Translations under genes and position numbers: made by a program
Notes under the pieces: generated by a model
Databases searched by the model: none
What the model saw: only the letters and a program-made list of their open reading frames with translations
What the model was told of the DNA's origin: nothing
Assembly (NCBI RefSeq): GCF_028641065.1
Contig: NC_073404.1
Span: forward strand, 22,692,001-22,756,000
Source: Leucoraja erinacea
Lineage: Eukaryota
Direction of reading: 5' to 3'
DNA: 64,000 bases
Shown here: in pieces, positions 13,701 to 27,400 of the stretch
Layout: every line of letters begins with the position of its first letter
Numbering within the stretch: position 1 is the first letter of the stretch

Positions 13701-14338
13701 TTTAAAAAATTGACTTTTCACTTTAAAAAATCCAATTGCACTTGCTGCCAGGACTCGGTGCCCTGGGATTTGCAACATTGTAACGGGAAGGGCCAGCAAG
13801 TGCAATTGGATTTTTTACAGTGAAAAGTTAAGTCGGCGGTTTATGTAAATTAGATCTCTTTGTCACGTCACAGCTGCTAGCTGCCACTGCAACTTGAACT
13901 GATTTTTCTCAAATTGGATTTTGTAAAGTTCAAAATGTGAATAACTTGTAAAATATACCTGAACGAAACTTGATGCACCACACCACAGGACAATGGAAAA
14001 TTGTAGCGCTATCTTGTACCGTTTTTACGTAATTCAGGGCATGACTCACTCACACACAGACAAGCACGCAAACAGGCAGATTCACAAACGAACAAGATGA
14101 GAGGTTTAATAATATAGAAATATATATATATATATAGATATCATCATACTAAAATCGCCTCAATCAGCATTATGTCTTTAATTTAGATTCCTTTAAATGT
14201 GCACAAAAAACTTTTGGTTTCCTGTCCTAGGATGCATTTATCGGATTTGGTGGGAATATTATCCGACAACAAATAAAGGAGAAAGCCAAATGGTTCGTCA
14301 CAAGCTGTCAAGAAATTACTGCAGAACTGGAACAGTAA
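4587..14338 (+). CDS. PSPH: Phosphoserine phosphatase, join(4587-4726,8066-8200,8784-8929,13219-13367,14231-14338), 225 aa
   Basis: HAD motif I CFDVDST, LISGGF, GGKG and IGDGATD are present; all introns are GT-AG; exons sum to 678 nt with an open frame ending ...AELEQ*. Confidence 0.97.
8066..8200 (+). CDS. PSPH: PSPH coding exon 2 (TRNAMGGNISFKTALTERLAIIQPSRDQV...)
   Basis: cacag acceptor, gtaagt donor, phase consistent. Confidence 0.95.
8784..8929 (+). CDS. PSPH: PSPH coding exon 3 (DLIDRLQQRNVQVFLISGGFHSIVEH...)
   Basis: aacag acceptor, gtgaga donor. Confidence 0.95.
9430..10250 (-). mobile_element. Degenerate CR1 LINE 3' fragment
   Basis: ORF 9833-10069 [21 protein letters not shown] is the CR1 ORF2 C-terminal motif. 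Confidence 0.85.
10665..10975 (-). mobile_element. Young 5'-truncated CR1 copy
   Basis: Near-identical to 62518-62830; (gaaacata)n tail; RTRGHSLRIRG...VVNLWNSLP. Confidence 0.9.
11610..12070 (-). mobile_element. CR1 3' fragment nested in a tRNA SINE
   Basis: ORFs 11749-11940 and 11941-12183 carry CR1 ORF2 C-terminal motifs. Confidence 0.75.
13219..13367 (+). CDS. PSPH: PSPH coding exon 4 (DYAGFDETQPTAESGGKG...IGDGATDLEACPPA)
   Basis: ttccag acceptor, gtacgt donor; lies within ORF 13203-13394. Confidence 0.96.
13439..14138 (-). mobile_element. Non-autonomous Helitron-like element in the last PSPH intron
   Basis: On the - strand it starts A|TCTATA... and ends with a GC hairpin plus CTAG|T; internal tandem repeats at 13490-13640; no TSD. 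Confidence 0.6.
14231..14338 (+). CDS. PSPH: PSPH last coding exon (DAFIGFGGNIIRQQIKEKAKWFV...*)
   Basis: cctag acceptor, TAA at 14336-14338, AATAAA at 14349. Confidence 0.95.
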   Translation, partial: DAFIGFGGNIIRQQIKEKAKWFVTSCQEITAELEQ

Positions 14339-17300
14339 CTATATTTTAAATAAAAGACAACGTACTTTATTAAAATATATATATATAAGGAAAACTTCTT
14401 GAGTGCATTATAATAAATTAAATCTAATAAATTGTTCCTTTCCCCATTTTATTTCTGGCTCGCTCTCTATGTGAAAAGGTGATGCAACTCTAGAGTAGTG
14501 CGGTTGTGGTGCCATTGTCACAAGGCAGACTTTGTATCCTGCACCAACCACCCACGATGGGCTGTAGAACTGTATGGTGATCAGACTCAAAACACAAATC
14601 TATGATGATTGTGCTTTGGGAACCACTCTCGTCCATATTGCATATCTAGGCTAAGCAGTGTATAACTTTTCCCGGTCTGCAGTTAGTGTCACCTGCAAGA
14701 GAACATTGGTTGACTGGGAGCATAATGTTCTTTCTAAGTATGTTTGGAAACACAGTAAACACTTTTATTTTCCTCTCCTTTCTCTTTTACAATGAATGCT
14801 CTGCTGAAATTGTACATGGATCCTATAAGGATGTTCCTTTTTGGATCTTTCTAATTGACTAGCATAATGTTCAGTGAATATTTGGAAAAAAAGGCATTTT
14901 TCTGAAAGTAATATTTAATAATATTGAAAAGTAATATTGTTGTTTGATTTGTTTCCAAATTAAACACATTTTTAATTTGCAAGGCTAATGCCGGAATGCT
15001 GCTTTTTTCACTACATTTTGTTTTATTCACGTTGAATTATTACAAGTGGATTAATTGTCCTGTGATTTATTTTTGTCAAGTATAACCAAATAGACATGAA
15101 CCTAAATAGGGTTGAATTTTGGCCAAGAAGGGAAGTGGGCAAAATCTTCAAATTTATGACAGACCAATATTCTGCATTTTATTGAAGATAGACACATAGT
15201 GCTGGAGTAACCCAGTAGGTCAGGCAGCATTTCTGGAGAAAAGGAATAGGTGATGTTTCAAGTCGAGACCCTTCTTCAGGCTTGAGTCTTTCAGTTTATC
15301 TTCTGAATTTCACCACTCGTTTGCAGTGACATTCATGCAAAGTAGTTTACTCCAGGGCTTGCAACACAATTGTTAACCAATATACAATGCAGAGAAACAG
15401 GCTTTACTGATTTGCCTGCCAATCACTATATAACCTTTATAAAAAAACAAGTCTGTGCGAGTTTTCAGTTCACATTAGCAGTCCTACAGATGGAATGTGG
15501 AATCAGGACCTTATTTTGCCACGGTGAATTTTCACTTTTGACTTTCTCTGTATCCTAGCAGCTATTCTTGCCTCCTGCCAGAAAGTTATCACAAATGAAA
15601 AGGGATGAAGCTATTGAGCCTCTCTAGTTCTTTATTCAACAGAGTTCTCACTATAATTGAACTATAATTGCCTCAAGACTGATTTCAGCATACTTTCATT
15701 CACTTCTAACCAGACGTCAGTGCACTTCCCCAATGAATTAAACTTCCCATTCATTGTGTTATTTATTCTATTCTTGAGACATATCAGATTGATATCCTAT
15801 ATCTGTCTCTATTTTCACTTAGATGGAGCCTTGTTCTTTGCCTAACAAACTTCAAGGGCTTCAGATGAATATAATCTAGAGTTTGCATCTTCTCCATATG
15901 AAACATTTTGATCAGTGGTTTGTCATTACAAAAACACCAATTCTCACTCTGAGGGGTTGGGGAAAAAATTGTGTGACTTCTATGATAATTCCTTGCTGTT
16001 TCTTTAGCTCATATGCTGGGACCACGTGTAAAGATCTGATATTAAGGCAAGGCAAGCCTACAGAAATCTTGGCATCAGCACACAGTATTAAACAAAAGTA
16101 ATGTATTTTTAAAATAATTTTGGCAGTTTAACACTTGCATTGCTTCTTGACAGATGCCTCTGAGACAGCATTTGAAAACTGTTATTATAGGGAGCCCGTG
16201 TCTTTAACAATGTTCGTAAAGCAAAACATGTCTGAGGCAAACCAGTGTATACTGAGTAGATGGATATCTGCAATTCTGGAGAGTTGTTCTGTCAAAAGAT
16301 TATAAAGGGATTCTTCGTTAATGAGCAGGATCTTTCTTTACTGTTTATTTATCTGTAATAAGTATAGGACAGTGAGCAAGATTGAAGCATTTATGGAATT
16401 CTTTCTTTGTGGGAGATGACTAATATTCTCTTTCTGTTGACTCGAACACTGTCAAATTTTATTTCCTACCTTAAATGGACAAGTTTACAATGTGGAGGCA
16501 ACTCCAAGATCTTGAACTCGTCCAAAGTAGTCAAACACTGAAAACTATATTTAAAGAAGAGGATTAGATGCCAAGAAAATCGTAGGGCAAGATTTTTTTC
16601 CCCCCAAAGGCTTAGGAAACTACTGTTGTATGACAAAACAACTCATCAATCAGACTAACATTTTTGATTGAGCCCTATATTTTTACATGCCTTTGTTACA
16701 GAATCATCTAATTTCCTTAAAAGAATTAGCTTCAGCAATAATTCTTGAAAGCAAATTCAACACACAATATTTATGTTCACGGTGCACCCTTTACATCCAC
16801 AAGGACTACCACAAAAGTATAATTACTTTTGTAGTGTTTTAATTGTTATAAAACAATTATATACCGTAAATAATGTTCACATTTGTTTGCCTTGAGATTT
16901 TACACATCCATTGCACCTTAATTTGACATGTGAAAATTTGTGGTATCATTCTCTCAGTACCACAGTACAGGTAGCTTCTGATACTGTTGAGCCAAGTTGG
17001 CATGTAAAGGGTTTTGCTGGTGCAGAAATGAAAACAGGAAAAAATGCTGGAAGCACACACATCTGAATGAACTGCAGTGCATTATTGCTTTGAAAGCTAT
17101 GTCTGCTAATGTTTAAGCTATGGATAAGGAGCTGTACAGGAATGTTAGCATTTGCAAGGTAAACACTATATGCTGGAGTAAATCAGCAGGACAGGCAGCA
17201 TCTCTGGAGAGAAGGAATGGGTGAAGTTTCGGGCCGAGACCCTTCTTCAGTGAGTTACTCTGGCAATTTGTGTCTACCTTCGATTTAAACCAGCATCTGC

Positions 17301-20300
17301 AGTTCTTTCCTACACGTTAGTATTTGCAAGTTGCTTACCGAGATCCTGGAGTCCCCACCTTACAGCACAGTGAGAGTGTCATCAGCACTTGGATTGGAGT
17401 GGTACCCGTTGGGGAATTAGGAAGGGGCAAACATTGCCTGCCCTGTAAACATTTACTTCCCTTATAAGAATGAAACAATTCTGTTAAGAAACATTCAGAA
17501 TTTGAGAGGTTGCCTGTTCTTGCTCTTTTTATCCTATTTGATATCTATTAAGCAAGAATATGGTAACTTGCATTCCAAAAATTCCAAAAGAAATGAATTG
17601 GATTGTAAATCCCTGCAAGCTGCAGTAAATATTATTCTGCTTGTAAAGCTTCTATCATTTATCCTCAAGTAGTTGAAACTATGTAAGGGCTTGATTCAGC
17701 AAAATGTTACAGCCTTATCTGACCATTAATTTACAGTCTAATCATGTTTCTTTGTTTAAAATTCCTCTCTGCTGCACACTCAATGTAAATCTCAATTGGT
17801 TTTGCGTCTAAATGTCTCTTCTGCTAGCTCACAGTCTATTTTTCCTTACTGTGATTGATAGAATAACAGCATGGGTGACAGTGTGGAAAGCTACAAGCTG
17901 AGCTCCTATGGAAAATTGATATTCAAGTGAATAGCTAAAACAAATTTAACAGGGTGAGATACACAATCTCTTAGTGTGGACCATGTTTGGCATATTGGTC
18001 AACAAATGATGTACAACATGAAGGCTGTCACTGATGTTAGTTGTATCACCGTTAAGGTTAAATTAGTAGCAGTTCACATCTTGTTCGTTCTGAACGTGGT
18101 CATGCCACATTTCTAATTGTTTCCCTGCATTTACAAAACTTGCACACATTTTCTTTCTGTAAAACATACTTTAGATGATCTCTCACAGTGGTTTTGGAAT
18201 ATTTGTAAATACATGTTTTATTCACTGGATGTATTCAAGAGAGATAAAGCTCTTATGGCTAACGGAATCAAGGGATAGGGAGAAAGGAACAGGGTACCGA
18301 TGCTGGATGATCCGCTATGATCGTATTGAATGGCGGTGCGGGCTCGAAGGGGCCTACACCTGCACCTATTTTTCTGTTTCTATTTGTTCATATCGTACAA
18401 GCGACCTTGGCATACAGGTCCTCTGCACAACACTCTTTTGTTGTCTCCATCCTGTGCAGGATGCACCCAGAACACTAACACATGGTGTTGAGACAAGATT
18501 TTCTATATTTAAACAAAAACCTCCAGCTTGAAGTCGGCAATACCTTATGTAGATTAAGCACTTTTTCCTTTGAATTGCCCAAATGGTGCATAAATGAGCC
18601 AATAAGCAACCAAATAATATAGTGCCACCAGAAAGGCTTTTTATGGCAAGAGAATCTGAGAGGTTAGGCTGAGGGGGAGGTGTTTAAAAGATGGTCTTTG
18701 TTTGCTGAGAGGGATATGGACATGAATTCTTCTTGGTAAAATTTTGCCCCAGATGACCTGACTACTGATAATGGAACCAGTTCAAACAGCGTTGATAGGT
18801 AAGGAAAGGTACCTCAAAAGTGGAGTAAGATGTTCAACTGGTATTAAAAAAACGGAAACAAAAATAAATGAGAGGATAGTAGTGAAGGGGGATACAACTG
18901 AGCCCTGCACCAATGCCTCCGATGAACAATCCCAATATTTCTGCAAATTCAAACTTTCTTCAAATTCAATTCCCTTTTGAAGTTTGTCAGAAGGAACTGC
19001 GGATGCTGGTTTAAACCTAAGATAGACACAAAAAGCTGGAGTAACTCAGGGGGCCAGACAGCATCTCCAGAGAAAATAGGTGACGTTTCTGGTTGAGACC
19101 CTTTTCTCCAAAGATGCTCAGACCCACTGAGTTACTCCAGCTTTTTGTGTCTATCTTCTCTTGAAATTATTGGTTATCTATTTCTCACTGTAAATAGTTC
19201 CTATTATTCCATCCAAACTTTCTATTTTAAATTAAATGAAATATTTTCTGGCCCTTTGCAGTGGTTCAGCTACCAGTTGCCCCAGTTGATGTTGGATTGA
19301 CACTCCTGATGTCTTTTTCCATTCTGCTTGTTTTTGCACGAATTAAGAGCCCAGTAACCTGTTAATAATTTCTTGTAGCCTCAGGAGATAGTTGGTATTG
19401 TGCTGATTAAAGGGTCTTCATTTTTAGAAGATTGATGATCAGTGTAGCAAAGGAACTGGCCCTTTGGCCCACAACATAAATATCCTGTAAAGATCCACTT
19501 TAATAGCTTGATTGTTATTATAATCCAATCTCACCATTTGGTAATATTAAACTTTGTGAAAATCTACCGTTGCACACGCATTGCAGCACTTAAAACGAGT
19601 TATTTAAAATAACTAACACAATGCATATGGACTTCATACGATCACGTGATAGGAGCAGAATTAGGCCATTCGGCCCATCAAGTCTACTCTGCCATTCAAT
19701 CATGGCTGATCTATCTCTCCTTCCTAACCCCATTCTCCTGCCTTTTCCCCATAAGCTCTGACACCTGTATTAATCAAACAGACTTATCAGACTACACCCA
19801 CAACATTTGCTGCATACTTTATTGGTTCATCTACCAATAATGTCATTCTTAAGAATACTGGAATTGAGCTAATTTCCACATGCATTGGAACCTGCAGATT
19901 CAGGCCCACTGAAAGCATTGAATTATTTAAGCCTAATTTAATCACTTTCCATGTCGAATAGTCAGGTTGCATTGCCTACTATCTTTCAATTTGTAGCCTT
20001 TTGATAAACAAACATTTTATTCTTAGATGACAATGGTAACTTACAAATTCATCCAATTCACCGAGCCAAGTGATATATTTGCAACATATCTATTATAGAT
20101 AAATAAGCATTAGGAAGAGAGATAGATGGACATTAGCAGCATCAGATGCAGGGTTATGGGGAAATTTATGCACAAGTTTGGAATTGGAACAGCTCCAATG
20201 AGCCATGAGATTTCATTTTATTCTCCCCACGTTTCCATCAACTCCCCCCCCCCCCCCCCCCCCCCACCAACCAATTCTACTACTCGCCTGTAGACCACTG

Positions 20301-21419
20301 TACCTTACTGTGGCCAATTAATCTACCAAACTGCCCATCTTTGGGATATAGGAGGAAATTGGAGCACAAGGGAAAAACTAGTGCCGACAAAGGGAGAACG
20401 TACAAACTCCACATAGGCAGCTCCAGCATTGGAGGCCAGCATTGAACCCAGGAATGCTGGAGCTGTGAAGCAGCAACTGCACGAGCTGCACCACTCCATG
20501 TTTTTTTTAATATTACAAAATCTGCAGGCAATGTAAACACAAATGTTGTAAATCAAGTTTATTACAGCCTTCAGAGTACCAGATGTTGTAGCCTGACTGT
20601 GGATTAAGGTTTTAGAAACTCACTTCTTTCATTAATTAGATCTACTTAATTATTGTAAACACTAGATACTATATATAATGGTGCCATTTTAAAAATAACC
20701 ACACAACAAAACCAATTAAAAAAAAAATGATATTGTAAGCTTAAATTTTGTACAGTGATTAAACATGCACCACCTACAGCAGTAGAAAGCAACCCAAAAA
20801 TAATCTACTGTATCGTTTTATGTTGAACTTACAGCAGATGTACTATCCATTCTTCACAAAAATTATTTTGATTTAAAAAGTAATTCCCTAAGTAACAGTA
20901 TTAAAAGTTGTGATATCGTGAGCATCTTATTAAAGTGGGATCATCAATATTTTGGGGTGAGAACTCTGATTGCTCGTTTTTCCAAGAATCAGGCAGGTAA
21001 TTGCCCTGGGGTTTGCACAATGGCACACAAAGCTGAAATAATACCTGAAAGTTACACCCTTTCAAGGATCATTCTACTGAATGGAGCAGATAAAATAAAC
21101 AAAAACACACCAACATTATTGAAACTTTCCGAAGGCAGAGAGGAGTGTAGTTAAAGTGAAATAAGACAATAAAATAAAACATAAGCATTCAGGATTTTAA
21201 ACGCCTAACTTTGTAATTTTAGTGCTTCAGAAATAAAATATTGCTATTGGTAACAGTTTGCGTCAGAAATATTTCTGCAAATTTGATAAAAGGTCCAGAA
21301 GTTAAAACACTTTAAATCATGACAAGTTCAGTCATGTCGGTAACCTGTATTTTGTTTCCTCATATATTAAGACAAGACACAATTTATTAACTTTCTTGAA
21401 AGATGTTCCCAGTTAAACT

Positions 21420-21484
21420 CTACTGAAGTGGTGAAATTTTTAGTGGGATCATAATCCTGGAATCCATCCGCTGGATGAGTGGCA
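21420..21484 (-). CDS. NIPSNAP2: NIPSNAP2 exon 10 (canonical last coding exon)
   Basis: [21 protein letters not shown] after a ctacag acceptor. Confidence 0.95.
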
Positions 21485-24400
21485 CTGTAGAGACAAAAAC
21501 ACACATGTAACTCATGCATATATTCAAAATCATGCAATTTCCTTGATACATTGGAATATCAAAATGCAAACATTACAATGTGACAATTGTTTTATTAATC
21601 ATTTAAAAAAAATGTCAGATTTAAATATTTTTAATTTATATTCAGAAAGGAAACATTCAACAGATAATGCAAAAATGTGGAAATGCAAACATTTTCCTCA
21701 AAGTATCAACTACATTAATTCAAAACCACCCAATACTAACATTGCACACACAGTTTTGTTCAGCATTTTTATTTTATACTATTATGCTTCATTTAGCATT
21801 GTGAATATAGAAAATGTATTTGCTAATAAAAGTATGCACTTGGAGACTTATGCCCAATGACTCGTTAAGAGAATTAGGTCACTAGAGCACGAGAGACAAA
21901 ATTCCACTTTGCTGCTGACTCTATAACATTTGATTCGTGTATTCTTGCAATTACTCTCGCCAAATGTTTACTGTGCTGATTAGTCACAATCATGAGAAGT
22001 AGTCATGTCGGTAACCTGTATTTTTTTCCCTCACATATTAAGAACTAATGAACCGCAAAATATATCAACAAAATTTAAGATGTACTTTCTTCTGATATTA
22101 ATTTCACACACAAAGCAAGTCAGGTAAAACAGCTATGAAAGAACGGTGCAAAGTGAAAATGTATTCCATCTGTTATTACAGATAGCCTTGACATTTCCGC
22201 AAAGCACAAAGTGTAACAGAGATAATTAAAAAACTCAGTAATGCAAAGACTTGTTTATTTTTTTCACAAGAAATCCATGGGGTTTATTTTCCTGAATTTC
22301 TGTTCCGAACAGGGCCAACAAACAGAAGGCCAATATTGGTAATATGTTGCAATTTTATCAGGAAACAATAAGCAACAAAGAGCAATTGATAAATTTTTAG
22401 AGTATGTAGGGAAAGAAAGTGATGATGTATACAAGGGTAAATATTTAGCGATGGCATGATAGAATGAGAGAACGTTTAATGAAACACACAGGACCCTAAG
22501 AGGAAGGTTATGTTAAACCTTTATAAAGTACTCATTAAGCCAGAACTGGAGTACTGCATCCAAATTTGGCTGTTACACCTTAAGAATAATGTGTGTGAAA
22601 TGATTTCGTAGAATTCAGTTACAAGGTTAGACAGAGTAGTTCTGGTTGTTTAGAAGGGTTTAGAGATACAACATGGAAACACGTCCTTTGTCCAACTTCT
22701 GGACCTTTTATTGTCCACGCCGACCACTGATCACCCGTTCACACGTTATCCCACTTTTTCATCCATTCTCTACACTTGGGGCATGTTATAACAGTTAATT
22801 TATCTACAAATCTGCATATGGTTGGGATGTGGGATGAAACCAACAAGGTCACAGGAAGAACCTCTGTGCAATCTCTGCACAGGCTTCATCCGAATGTACC
22901 CGGGTCTCTGGTGCTATTGATCAATGCAGCTCTTCTTCAAGTTTAAAGAATTTTCAGAACACTAATTATGTACAGAAAAATACCTGTGTAATATACACAT
23001 TCATCCCAGCCAGGTTTTTGCCATGCTGAATTTCGTGTTTCATCTCTTGACTGCAAGTCTTTGTAAGCTTTATAAAGCACAAGGCAGAACAAAATAAAGT
23101 TAGTTTTATATTCCTTATTTATTATCTTTAATATAAATAACCCATCAAAATCATGTTATAATCCTACTATAACATTATGTATTATTTACTTATTATAAGT
23201 TGTCATTTTCACGTGGTCAATAATATTATTTTCTTTTAAAACACATCTCTTAGTAAACTTAAGTGCATTTGCAATTCTAACTGCTACCACAGATAACCAC
23301 AGTATAATGAGAAACCACATTATATATACTGATAAATCATTTTTAAGTATATGGGTGGTCACGGAAGCTTTTGGTACAATGGTTTTCATTAGTCAGGGTA
23401 TTGGGTATAGAAGTTGGAATGTTACAGTTATACAAGACGTTGGCGAGGAAACACACAGAGTACTGTATTCAGTTTTGACCACCCTGCTGTAAGAAGGATG
23501 TCATTAAACTGGAAAGAGTGCATAGAAGATTTATGAGGATGTTGCCAGGACTTGAGGGGCTGATCTTATAAGGAGAGGGTGGGCAGGCTAGGAGTGCCAG
23601 AAGCTGAGGAGTGTTCTTATAGAGGTATATCAAATCATGAGGGGAATGGATAAGGCTACAGTGTACAATGTCTTTGACCCAGAGTACTGGAATCAAAAAC
23701 AAAAGGACATATTGTTTAAAGTGAGAGGGGAAAGATTTGATACGAAACTGAGTGGTAACTTTTTCAGAGAGAAACCAGGAACTGCATATGCTGGTGTACA
23801 TAAAAGGACACAGAGTGCTGAAGCAACTCTGCAGGTCAGGCAGCATTCCTGGGAAACATGGTCAGGTAATGTTTTGGGTCTGGCAATTTTCAATCAGAGG
23901 GTGGTGAGTATATGGACCAAGCTGCTAGAAGAGGTAGTTGAGGCAGATGCTATAACAGCACATAGAAGACACTTGACAGGTACATGGATAAGAAAGGTTG
24001 AGGAATGTGCATCTGGCTTAGATGGGATATCTTGGTCGGCATGCATGAGTTGTGCAAAAGTGCCTGTTTCTGTGCTGTATGACTTTAGGAGACTTTAGAA
24101 TGTTTTGCTAATTAATCCAGTCGTGATTAACATTGCTATCTGTTCAGTAACTTGTACTGTTTACAGAGGCAGGAAAATGAAGTATTTCATTATAACGGAT
24201 TACGTTGTTTCAGAACATAGAATTGAAACTGAAATTACTGTGAAGAGCTGTCATTTGAGTCATGTTGCCTGCCTCCCTTTTCTCTATTGAACATCATTTG
24301 TGAAGACATTAGCTTCATGCTTGTAGTTTTGGAAATACAGTGGTCTCTGATTCCTTGCACAAGTAGGAATTTATCACGTGGGAAGCAACAATTTGTAGAG

Positions 24401-27400
24401 GAGGTTCACAGCAGTTAATTCCTTTATCCTTTTACCACAGATGTGTCCATTGAAAGCTTCATTAATCCTAAATAATATTAGTATATTGCCATCTAGTTAA
24501 CTTACAATGGAATTCTTTCATATTGTTGCTGTGAGCTGAACACCGTTTTTTTTTAAAGCACATGCTGGCCAAATGCAGCAGCAGTACTTAATCTTTTGTT
24601 TCATTTTAAATTTAGGAGCAATTTGTTGAATCAATAAAGCAAGGAGTGGTATAGAGACAAAGGTACTAAAAAATTGATGAGTTACAGGAAATCAACAAAG
24701 AATGACAAACATTATTTATTATGCATGCCATTTTCCATCTTTATAGCTCAAATGACTTTGCCTCTGACAATAGTTCATCAGCTTCTGAAACATTCATGCA
24801 TGCCAGTTACTTAATAATCATCCCCATGAATTCCTGGTTGGCCTCCATCATTCCACTCTGCATGTTATTCAAAACTGATGTTTAGTTTGGAGATACAACA
24901 CGGAGTCTGCACCACCCAGTGATCCCCGTACATTAACACAAGCCTACACACACTAGGGACAATTTACACTTATTCCAAGTATACAAACCCAAGCCAATTA
25001 ACCTACAAACCTGTACGTCTTTGGAGTGTGAGAGGAAACTGAAGATCTCTGAGAAAACCCACGCGGTCACGGGAAGAACGTAGAAACTCCAGACAGACAG
25101 CACACATAGTCGGGATCGAACTCGGGTCTTCAGCGTTGCAAGCTCTGCAAGGCAGCAACGCTACTGCTGCACTACCGTGATGCCTGTGCCCTGATTACCA
25201 CCATGCCCGACTGACGAATCGCCTATGCCTGCTAATCTACACTGGCATGAAGCAATGATTTAATTTAAAAATTCTCATCATTTTCCAATCTCTCCACAAA
25301 TGAATCCCTCTTTATGTCAAATTTCCTCTATCCCTGCAACCATTAGGTTGCTACACTAACCTAATTCTCATCTTGTATCGTACAAATTTAACTGCTCGGA
25401 GGGACCAGACTGTCCCCAACTCTGCTGCAGCTGGCGGGGACGTTTGCCGGGTGGTCGCTGGGGTGGTGGGGGGGGGGGGGGGGGGGGGGAGGGTGCCAGT
25501 GCAGCGTGGTCAGTGACTCTGGGTAGGGGGTGGGACCAGACTGCCCCAACTCTGCTGCAGCTGACGGGGACGTTGCCGGGTTTTCGTCCCAGTGTGTCCC
25601 GCTGCCCGGAGCCGCGGCCAACCCAAAGCCCGTCACAGTGCAGCCGCACAGGGGAAGACGGAGCGGAGGGCGGCCGTGGCCGGATAGCGCTGACCCAGAG
25701 GGGGAGAGCGGGGGCTGTCCCGATGAATGCACTCCTTCGGCCGCTTACACCTTGGTGCTCGGGTTCAGAGCAAAGATACTAGAGCATTTGGTTCAGAGTG
25801 CTCAGCCACCCTCCACAATTATTTACAGCGCAAAAATTTGACCATTTCGGCGGTTTTTAACAGGTAAGAAAGTACGCATTTCGTGTGTTAACAGTGTATG
25901 CCGGAGACTGCCATGTCCTCTGGAAGAATCGAGCTGCTCCCCCTTTGACCCGATGACCTTACATATTTTCTCAGGGTTCGTCTTAGAAAAATTTCAGTAT
26001 TGTGCACATAATTCATTGTGGCACAGTACTGAAATTTTTCTATCATCTTGAAATTTGTTGCTGTTGTTAAAGATTGTACGTGAACATATATTGTTACTTT
26101 TCTTGGTGAGGATCATGAAATTGCAACATCAAAAATTAGTTGCATTCTGGCAGCAATTCTATTGAGAATATTTTATAAACAAAATTAGGATTTAGAGCAT
26201 ATAACATATTGTTCAATTAAAACAGAATTTCCAACTGCTGGAGGTCTAAATTGAAAACTGTAACAGTAACACTGATAAAAGTGAATATTGATAACGAGAA
26301 AGGGAAGCGAAGGAAGTAACTTGAAGAGTCATAGAAAATGGTGCATTAACATATTAAAAGAGAAAAAAAAAGCAAGCAATGGAAAAACAAAGACAGATAA
26401 AATCTTATCAAAATGTTCAAGAGCCTTCAGGTTTACCACCAAGATGAACCCTGAGAAAATGTGTTCATTGAGACCATTACACAATTAAATTGCAGCATGG
26501 AATTAGGTCAGTATGAACAGATTAGGCATGATGTTTGAACACATGCTTTAATGAATACAAAACAGACTGTGTGGGAGGAATCAAAACAGCTGGCAAAGAA
26601 TTGCTATTTTAGTTCCGAGGTTGTACATCATCCAAAATATTTTCGCCTAGTCCCGCACATTGCCAGTACTATTCCAAACACTATTCTAAAGACATTATAG
26701 CATTTATTCTGATTATTATAGCATTTCCTATTTCATTTGAAAGGTACTTTGTAACTCCAGTCATTGGTAAATACATTTTACCAACTAAATCTCAATGCTG
26801 TAATCATTCAGTTTTATATTTTCGAAGCAAAACTTTAGAATTTTATTTTTTCCTTCTTTATTAAGATTATGTTCAATAAGCATTAGGACCCATAATTGAC
26901 CAGAAAAAGTGCACAGAAATATGAATGCATAACATTATTTACCCCATAGATGATGCACTGTATATAGTTCACCAATTTGTGAGAAGAAGCCACCAACTGC
27001 TTCATTGTTCTCCTGTCGAAACCGAATGGCTCGAGCCCTATGAAAAATTAAATGAATCAGAAATTAATAATTAAAAATAGAGATATTTCAAATTTGATGC
27101 AATTATATTAGAACTGTGAATGATTCTGTTACAATTTTGTTGAAAATGACCTCTGAAAGTTGAAGTTTGATTCTCAAAATAATAATTATGCTCCGTCTTC
27201 CTGACATTTCAATGGTGGAGAGTGATTATACATATCTCAATTTGTTCAACATGCAGTTTTCATTATCTAGTTTACTTTTGCACAAATTAAAGTTTGATTC
27301 CTTGACACTAATAAGACTTTACACAAACACTTACAGTGCTTTAAATTCTGAATGGAGACTGAAAAATTCAATGACTTTTCATTCAACCAAAATCCTCAAA

